Below, one piece after another: positions 55,558-64,000 of a stretch of 64,000 nt of DNA. Origin of the DNA: the human T2T-CHM13v2.0 reference genome, Homo sapiens; the NCBI RefSeq assembly GCF_009914755.1, contig NC_060927.1; one strand, given 5' to 3'. The notes below the pieces were generated by a model, which was given only the letters and a program-made list of their open reading frames with translations, made no database searches and was not told the DNA's origin. The number at the start of each line of letters is the position of its first letter. Position 1 is the stretch's first letter. A program made the translations under genes and the position numbers.

Positions 55558-57421
55558 TAGTGGTTAATTTTAAGCTTCTTAGAATTTCAACAAACTTTTG
55601 AAATGAGTACATGAATATTCATGCAAAAAGATGAAGTGTAACCACTAATAAACTTCACCTTTCAAATTTTCTCTTCTCTTCTCTCCTCCTCTTCTCCAAA
55701 CCTACACAGAGCTTTATAAAAATACTAAGTTAGAAAAGCAACACTTTGGTTTCATACCAAGATAATATTCTCTAACTTTTCCAAGTATTATCATATATTT
55801 CAATTCTAAAAACACAGCTTATTCCTTTAAAATAAATTTATTTAAACTGGAGGCTTATATGACACAAAATCAAATTATTAGAAGAGAATCTCACATAATA
55901 GCTTTGATTTATTTTGAGAGGAGGATTTGAACCCTTCAGGCAAAACCAGAAACCATGGACTAAAAATGCCATTTTCAAAATTTCTCATGATGTTAGCCAT
56001 CTAGGTAGGGAAATAAAATGTATTTTTTATTTTTAGAGCAAAACTGTATCCACTAGGATGCACTGTTGCCTCATAGCTTTCCAATAAAATCCCTTATTTC
56101 TAAAGCGTGTTCATGAATTGCCCCTGCCAAATCAGGAATGCCTCATCACACTTCCTTCAAGCAAGCATGCATGTTGCTGTTTCTTTATTTCACTGCAATC
56201 CAGAAAGTGTCATGCTGTAAGATAGAAAAGAATGATGCTGGAAAGCAGCTGACATGCAATAGGTTTGATTACTGGCAACACTCTAATGTCTGATGAGAAC
56301 ACTGCAGCCGAGTCCTGCCAATTATTTACATCTCCAAAGGATAAATGATTTCCCAAATGGTATCCAACCACCAAGGCACCCAGAGTGTTGCAGAAATGTT
56401 TCTAAATTGTGAATTTGAAGGATAACTATATGAAAGCGATGTTCATGGAGTTTGTGCCCTAGCAAAGATTGACACGAGGCATCTAGACAACCTGAGTCTC
56501 TCCCATGGTATGACAGGGTTAATTATAAACTCTTCAGGTAATCTCATTTGGCAGGAGAGATGCAACCAGTGGTAGAGGGTGCTGACTCGGAAGGGAGAAA
56601 GTTATCAGTCTATGAGCAAATAATCACTGAGCGCTCAAAGCATGCCAGGTCTCGGTCTTTATGATCAGAACTTCTGCCAAAGATGAGTGGGCCACATAGG
56701 GCAAAGGCTTTAATGGGGAAAGACGGAGGTCTCTTTATCACAGCCACTGGTATCTGTGGTGTTGATGAATACCTGTAAGGACATGGAGTTACATTTTGAT
56801 ATATTTCTTCTTTAATTTAGTACATTAAATTAAACTAGGTGTTGATGAGACAATGATGAAAATGCTAGCATGAGCTCAACCCTCAAGAAAATTAGAAAAT
56901 CTGAGGAATGATCCTCATGGCCCAAATCACAGATTCCTGCTGGTCAGAATCTTCGCAACAGTTAGTATATTTTACCATCTGCTTCCATACTGTCTTCCCA
57001 GCCACAGCTTCCAGGATCAACTCCATGATATATTTTTGGCTTTATGCCTCATCCCTTAAACACACACCCAAACAGATACGTACATACCTCTTTCATCCAA
57101 GCTTCTTCCTGAACTCCTGTAATTTGGCACTGGTCTGCTATTCTCTCAGATTGTAATAAACTTAGCTTCTTCTCCCCTCTCTACTTACCTTTCATCTTTT
57201 TATTTCCACAATAACCGTGACTTCATCTACAAAGCCTGTATGTATTTTTCTGAATTACTTTTTTGTTTCCTAGGATTTAGTAAGACACATACTGATATAG
57301 ACCTTTCATTAGGAACAAAACAGATATTAGCTACATAAATACTAGCTATTTTGGTTGGTTTTATCTTTTCTTTTATGTTTTGTACCACACATCCTTGGTT
57401 ACATAGAACATCTATACGCTA

Positions 57422-57978
57422 TGGTAGATTGTCTACAAAAATGGCCACCAACACTTCTTCTTATCCCTGAATATCCATATACTCCTTCCATCAAGTGGTG
57501 AGGTCTATTTCCTCTCCCCTTCATCCCACAACTTGCTTAGGCCCATAGAATGTACCCTTAGTAGTGTTTTAAAACTCCCAGAACAAGGTGTTAAGGGAAC
57601 TGGAGGTTTTGGTTTGTACCCTGTTGGGATCCAGCTGCCATGTGAAAGGCTTAGAGAATTATTACAGACATAAAGATGAATGGAGAGAGAGGAAAAAAAA
57701 AAAAGAAAAAGCAAGAGGGAGAGGACAGCCAGCACTGCCTTTCCAGCTGCTCCAGCTAACATACCTGGGAGTGAGTAAACCATCTTGGATGTTCCAGTCC
57801 CAGACAAGCTTCCAGCTAAATACAGCTGCATAAATTACTCAAATAAAATCCATGTGCAGTAGACATGATCCATCACCGTGAAGCCTGGCAAAATTTTGGA
57901 CTTGTGGGGTAACAAATGGCAATTGACTTAAAACCACTGAGTTCTGGAGTGGCTATGTATACAACAGATAATTGAACA
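57422..57978 (+). mobile_element. MLT1 MaLR LTR
   Basis: 'tggtagattgtctacaaaaatggccacca...ccatcttggatgttccag...aaaccactgagttctggagtggctatgtatacaacagataattgaaca'. Confidence 0.75.
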
Positions 57979-58070
57979 TCTACAAGGTACAGCATGCAAG
58001 CTCTTTGCAGTGGCTACATATACAACAGATAATTGAAACGTCTACAAGGTACAGCATGCAAACTCTTTGC
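57948..58070. repeat. Diverged ~61-bp tandem duplication
   Basis: 57948-58008 vs 58009-58070, with 4 substitutions and a 1-nt indel by eye. Confidence 0.9.
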
Positions 58071-58809
58071 AGGAGAGAAGTATGCCTTACCCATTTATAA
58101 ATCTCCTAATGCCTGGATCAGTTTCATGACAATTTAATTTAATGTCAATGATGGCATTAAATTAACATCTCAAAGTGAAACAAATATGCTCACTGGCTGC
58201 CTACAGCTCCTGTTCACCTTGCATCATTTGAATGAGCTCTTTAAACCTGAATGATTGCTGCAGATATTGTTGGCACTTCTGCTTAGCTGGCATCTCACAT
58301 TGTGTACTTTTAAAATTTGCTCTGAAATGCGGACTTTCCAGCCTGATTGCAAGCCCAGGGTTTATCATTCTGTCCCAAGGGCATTCTCCTAAATATCCTC
58401 TTGCACTGATCCGTTAATGTGGCCTGATCTACCACAGTCTTTTAAGTTTCAAAGGAAATCTGAAATCATTTGTAGCTATGAACAAATAGTCTTTCAACAA
58501 TAAGAAATAAAAAGAGATATGGAAATCACTGTCTCTACATATCCACTGCCCACATAATATCATAAGTTCCAGCTTATGTGGCACTATTTCCATCTAATGT
58601 TGAGTTGTGTTCCAGATTTGTGATATCTTCCCAAGTACTACCAGCTCTTCTTGACCTCCACAATGCTGTGAAATGTCGAATTGTTGAAACTTATGCTTCA
58701 TGGTTTAGTGTTGTCTTTTTCTGGACTCCACACCTCCTGTGCAAACATCTCTCACATTTGACTGCCAACAAATCTTGAGCCTGGCTTCAGACCTTGCATT
58801 AAAATATCA

Positions 58810-59555
58810 ATAGGAACCAGTCAGAATGGTGATTATTGAAAAGCCAAAAAAGAACAAATACTAGCGAGGTTGTGAAGAAAAAGGAAAGCTTTTACACTGT
58901 TGGTGGGAGTGTAAATCAGTTCAACCATTGTGGAAGACAGTGTGAAGCTTCCTCAAAGACCTAGAGACAGAAATATTATTCGACCCAGCAATCTCATTAC
59001 TGAGTACATATGCAAAGGACCGTAAATCATTTTATTATAAAGACACATTCAAGCCTATGTTCATTGCAGCACTATTCACAATACCAAAGACATGGAATCA
59101 ACCTAAATGCCCATCAGTCATAGACTGAATAAAGAAAATGTGGTACTTATGCACCATGGAATATTATGCAGCCATACAAAGGAACAAAATCCTGTCCTTT
59201 GCAGGAACGTGGACGAAGCTGGAAGCCATTACCCTTAGCAAACTAACGCAGGAATAGAAAACCAAATACTGCATATTCTCACTTATAAGTGGGAGCGAAA
59301 TGATGAGGACACACGGACACCTCACAGGGAGCAACACACACTGGGACCTGCTGGAGGGTGCAGAGGGAGGAGGGGGAGGATCAGTAAGAACAGACAGTGG
59401 TTGCTGGGCTTAATACCTAGGTGATGGGGTGTTCTGTGCGGCAAACCACCATGGCACACATTTACCTAGGTAACAAACCTGCACATCTGGCACACGTACC
59501 CCTGAACTTAAAATAAAAGTTGGGAAAAAAGAAGACAAATAAATAAGCAAATAAA
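58810..59555 (+). mobile_element. LINE-1 3' end (older L1PA/L1PB), 5'-truncated
   Basis: ORF2 C-terminus and full 3'UTR ('cttaatacctaggtgatggg...gtacccctgaacttaaaataaaagt') plus A-rich tail. Confidence 0.92.
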
Positions 59556-59828
59556 AGTGTGTGTCACCTCCAAAGAAACAGAAGAGAGAAGAAATGTCAG
59601 TGGGAGTGGCTAACATTAGCTTTGACACATGCTATTTATCTTGTTCAAGTAGAAATGTGACGCCATGCTTAGTTTATAATATGGAAGAGATCATTTCCTG
59701 TCAAGGTAACACCATTTATGAAACCTGCCTTTCCAGTGTACTGGACTACACTTTTACTTCCAATGTTCATTTTATTGAAACTGCAAAGTATACATTCACC
59801 ATAGGCTTCTTTGCAATAATTTTGTCTT

Positions 59829-60661
59829 GTGTCTTGTAATAGAGTTCTCTAGAGGGACAGACGAATGGAATATATATATATATATATAGACATACATATA
59901 TATATACATATATATATACATACATATATATATACATATATATATACATACATATATATATACATATACACACACACACACACACACATGTATATATATA
60001 TATATACACACACATACGCTTGGCAGAAGCACTGCAGGCAAGATAGGCGAACCCATATCTGGAGTAAGTGTCTTTTCCAGTGAGGACAAACCTCTGCCCT
60101 TTCCATGATGGAAGAGGTCCAATATTATATATATTATATATCTCTATATGTAATATATATGATATATATTGTATATATACAATATAATATATTGTATATA
60201 TACAATATAATATATTGTATATATTTATCTAATATATAGTACATATACTATATAATGTATATATAATATATATTATATACATAGAATTTTATTAAGTATT
60301 AACTCACCTGATCACAAGGTCCCGCAATAGGCCATCTGCAGGCTGAGGAGCAAGGAGAGCCAGTCCAAAACTGAAGAACTTGGATTCTGATATTCATGGG
60401 GAAGAAACATCTATCACCACCGTGGGAGAAAGATGCAGGCTGGGAGGCTAGGCCAGTCTCTCTTTTCACATTTTTCTCCCTGCTTTTATTCTAGCTGCAC
60501 TGGCAGCTGATTAGATTGTGCTCACCCAGATTAGGGGTGGGTCTGCCTTTACCAGCCCACTGACTCAAATGTTAATCTCCTTTGGCAACACCCTCACAGA
60601 CACACCCAGGAACAATGTTTTATATCTTTCAATCAGTTGACACTCAGTATTAACCATCACA
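59829..60661 (-). mobile_element. MLT2A-like LTR (3' LTR of HERV-L)
   Basis: 'gttctctagagggacaga' + (TA)n ... 'gacactcagtattaaccatcaca'. Poly(A) signal on the minus strand (tttatt at ~60288). The internal PPT-like 'agtccacccc' adjoins it. Confidence 0.88.
59869..60280. repeat. (TA)n/(CA)n compound microsatellite within the LTR, split by a foreign insert
   Basis: Directly visible in the sequence. Confidence 0.95.
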
Positions 60662-61117
60662 AGTCCACCCCTTGTCAACTTGAACGCATACACATCTCCT
60701 GAGATCATACATAATCTTTAAATAAAGACAATAATAAAGTCATACTAACGCCTAACATAACTATCCTTCGTATAACCAGAAATGCAGCTATCCCCAATCC
60801 AAATACTATTACGTAAAGTTAATAATACTTGAATGCTGATGTGAAGTCAATAAGTCTTATGTCACATGATAAAGGAGAAAGGAAATAAAATGAAGATATT
60901 TTCTTAGTAGAAGTGTACACATGCACAAACATGTCTTTAAGAACAGAAGGAGGAAATACTCATGACAATTACAGTCCTCGTTTCTGCAGCTGGTCATGTG
61001 GTCATAGCTGGTATTGATGACTAACTTCTTCTCCTACCCATTCTGTATTCCCTTTGCCTTCAGCAAGCATCTCAGCAGGTCGTGTTTTATTTTTTCCTGG
61101 TGGAGAGACCCAAACTT

Positions 61118-61450
61118 TCATTCCTGAAAGTCTGGGTCATTTGTAGTCCTGCCTGGATTGGGCTTTTGTAGCTTCCCATTGACCTTAATCACAGGGCATG
61201 GTAATACTAAGAGATGCCCTAATGGATCTCCTGTATTCCATGCATACTCTTCCTTACCTCCATTGTGGAGTAGTAGACTGATTTCATTGTGATAGTCCGG
61301 GTCAATCACCCCAGCCAACACTGTAACTCCCTTCTTAGCCTGTTGACTTAAAAGTAAGAGGAGTCCAAAGTGTCCAGGTGGCAATCTTAACTTCCAGTTT
61401 AATGGAATCGTTATTGTCTCTTCTGGTGGCAGCGTTCCTCCCTCTGGAAC
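61118..61450 (-). pseudogene. HERV-L dUTPase remnant downstream of integrase
   Basis: PPGHFGLL...GVTVLAGVIDPDYHNEISLLLHN (dUTPase motif GxIDxDY). This position 3' of pol is the ERV-L hallmark. Confidence 0.9.
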
Positions 61451-64000
61451 TAAGACCTCTGGCCAGCAGAATGTAATGTCGCAGGAATAGGAAGCAACAA
61501 TTTTGCTAGTGGATCACTAGGGGTGATGGTGAGTGGTGCCACTTCCACTTCCACCCTTTGATTCCTGGACCAGTGAATCCTGGACCAGTGAATCCTGGCT
61601 ATGGAAGAAACAGTATCATATATTGGACACTGATTCAGAGCATACATGGCCTTCTGGAAAACTTTGGCCCAGCCCCACGAAGTATTGTTACCTAGTTGGT
61701 GTTGTAATTGTGACTTCAAAAGGCCATTCATTCCACCGTTCTATCAATCCAGCTACTTCAGGATGATGGGGAACATGGTAAGACCAGTGAATTCCATGAG
61801 CATGAGCCCACTGCCGCACTTCTTTAGCCATAAGGTGAGTGCCTTGGTCAGAGGCAATGCTGTGTGGAATACCATGATGGTGGATGAGGAATTCCATGAG
61901 TCCATGGATGGTAGTCTTGGTAGAAGCATGGCATGCGGGATAGGCAAACTCATATCTGGAATAAGTGTCTATTCCAGTGAGGACAAACCTCTGCCATTTC
62001 TATGATGGAAGAGGTCCAATATAATCAACCTGCCGCCAAGTAGCTGGCTGATCACCCCAAGGAATGGTGCCATATCGAGGGCTCAGTATTGGTCTCTGCT
62101 GCTGGAAAATTTGGCACTCAGCAGTGGTCATAGATAGGTCACCCTTGGTGAGTGGAAGTCCATGTTGCTGAGTCCATGAGTAACCGCTATCTCTGCCACC
62201 ATGGCCACTTTGTCCATGGACCCACTGGGCAATGACAAGGGTGGCTGGGGAAAGAGGCTGAGTGGTCTCCATGGAATGGGTCATTCTTCATCCTTCATTA
62301 TTAAAATCCTCCTCTGCTAAGGTCACCTGTTGGTAAGCATTCACATGGGATACAAATGTCTTCACAGTTTTTGACCACTCAGAGATGTCCATCCACATAA
62401 CTCTTCCCCAAATTTCTTTGTCACCAATTTTCCAATCATGCTTCTTCCAAGTCCCTGACCAACCAGCCAAACCATTGGCTATGGCCCATGAATTGGTATA
62501 TAATCACCCATCTGGCCATTTCTCTGTTCATTCAAAGATCACAAACAGGTGCACTGCTTGAAGTTCTGCCCACTGGGAAAATGCACTGGACTTATTGATT
62601 TGTGAGGCATTTGTGTACTCTCCACTGCCGTCCTTCATGGATGTCCTAGAAAGGGGCTGTAGTGCTGCAGCTGTCCACTTTCGGGTGGTGTCTGCACATC
62701 ATGCAGAACCATCTGTGAACCATGCCCTTGTCTTCTCTTCTTCTGTCAACTGATCATAGGAAATACCCCATGAGGCCACCAGTGCAGGCTGGGGAGAGAA
62801 GGTAGGGTGTCAGGAGTGCAGACCATGGGTGTTTGAGCCACTTCCTAATGTAACTTACTTGTGCCTTCAGGACCTGCTAGAGTCAGATCACGTATATACT
62901 ACTTCCATTTGATGATGGAATACTGATGTGCATAACCCACTTTATGGCTAGATGGGTCTGAAAGCACCCAGTTCATGATAGGCAGTTCAGGTTGCATGGT
63001 GAGTTGATGACCCGTAGGCAAACATTCAGTTTCCACCAAAGCCCAGTAACAGGCAAAGAACTGTCTCTCAAAAGGAGAATAGTTATCTGCAGAAGATGGC
63101 AGGGCCTTGCTCCAAAATCCTAGAGGCTTCTGCTGTAATTCACCTATGGGGGCCTGCCAAAGGCTCCAACCAGCACACCTATCAGCCATTGACACCTCAA
63201 GCACCATTGGATCTGCTAGGTCTTATGGTCCAAGTGGCAGAGCAGCTTGCACAGAAGCCTGGATCTGTTGCAGAGCCTTCTCCTATTCTGGACCCCACTC
63301 AAAACTGGCAGCCTTTTGGGTCACTCGATAAATGGGCCACAGTAACCCACCCAAATGAGGAATGTGTTGTCTCCAAAATCCAAATAGACCCACTAGGCAT
63401 TGTGCATCTTTCCTGGTTGTAAGAGGGGCCAAATGCAGCACTTATCCTTCACCTTAGAAAGAATATCTCAACAGGTCCCACACCACTGGACTCCTAGAAA
63501 TTTTACTGAGGTAGAAGGTCCCTGAATTTTAGTCTAATTTGTTTCCCATTCTGTGACACACAAATGCCTCATCAATAAGTCCAGTGTGTTTTCTACTTCT
63601 TGCTCACTGGATCCAATCAGCATAATGTCATCAGTGTAATGGACCAGTGTGATACCTTGCGAAAGCAAAAAGTGATCAAGGTCCCTCCAAATAAGATTAT
63701 GACACAAAGCCAGAGAGTTGATATGCCCCTGAGGTAGGACAGTAAAGGCATATTGCTGGCCTTGCCAGCTGCCGACAAATTGCTTCTGGTGAGCCTTATA
63801 AACAGAAATGGAGAAAAAGGCATTTGCCAAGTCAATGGCTGCATGGCAGGTACCAGGAGATATGTTAATTTGCTCAAGCAATGAAATCACATCTGGTAAG
63901 CAGCCGCAATTGGAGTTACCGCTTAGTTAAGCTTATGATAATCCACTGTCATTCTCCAAGATCCATCTGTCTTCTGCACAGGCCAAATGGGAAAGTTGAA
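61450..64000 (-). pseudogene. HERV-L pol, disrupted (RT ~63500-64000, tether/RNase H ~62290-63300, integrase ~61450-62280)
   Basis: RT motifs AIDLANAFFSI, LPQG and HYTDDI. Integrase motifs IASDQGTH and WSYHVPHHPEVAGLIERWN. Multiple stops and frameshifts. Confidence 0.93.

Larger units (their letters stand above)
60662..64000 (-). mobile_element. HERV-L internal region, continuing beyond the window
   Basis: Minus-strand fragments of RT, RNase H, integrase and dUTPase in ERV-L order, with no env. Confidence 0.95.

Noticed and set aside
59767-60122. Several overlapping YI/CV-rich ORFs
   Set aside because: Translations of the (TA)n/(CA)n microsatellite.
61118-64000. RT plus dUTPase as a novel or intact retro-system or domesticated gene
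   Set aside because: This is the standard HERV-L gene order. The frames are broken by many stops and frameshifts, and no fragment exceeds ~120 aa.

Overview
This is eukaryotic, repeat-rich primate DNA, almost certainly human, and not a prokaryotic or viral accessory region. Positions 1-29.3 kb hold the 3' half of CHL1 (close homolog of L1, L1CAM family) on the + strand. Twelve coding exons (2022..25572) all have GT-AG boundaries and compatible phases. They encode FnIII domains 1-4, the half FnIII-5, the transmembrane segment and the cytoplasmic tail (RGGKYSV, FIGAY). A ~3.7 kb 3'UTR ends after AATAAA at 29247. The rest is intergenic DNA with Alu, MIR, L1, L2, MaLR/ERVL LTRs and hAT/mariner fossils. 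It ends in a decayed minus-strand HERV-L provirus (MLT2 3' LTR, dUTPase, IN, RNase H, RT). I see no new gene or multi-gene system. The best leads are RNA-processing hypotheses in CHL1: a regulated 159-nt juxtamembrane cassette exon, a 16-nt cryptic exon at the position of the L1-family RSLE microexon, and a weak-donor intron with a poly(A) signal and hydrophobic tail. Other leads are a Made1 hairpin with matched changes in both arms, a 107-bp integrase fragment inside the HERV-L LTR TA tract, and a perfect 83-bp tandem duplication. Repeat boundaries and subfamily names were called by eye and are approximate. Literature statements are from memory and are flagged as such.
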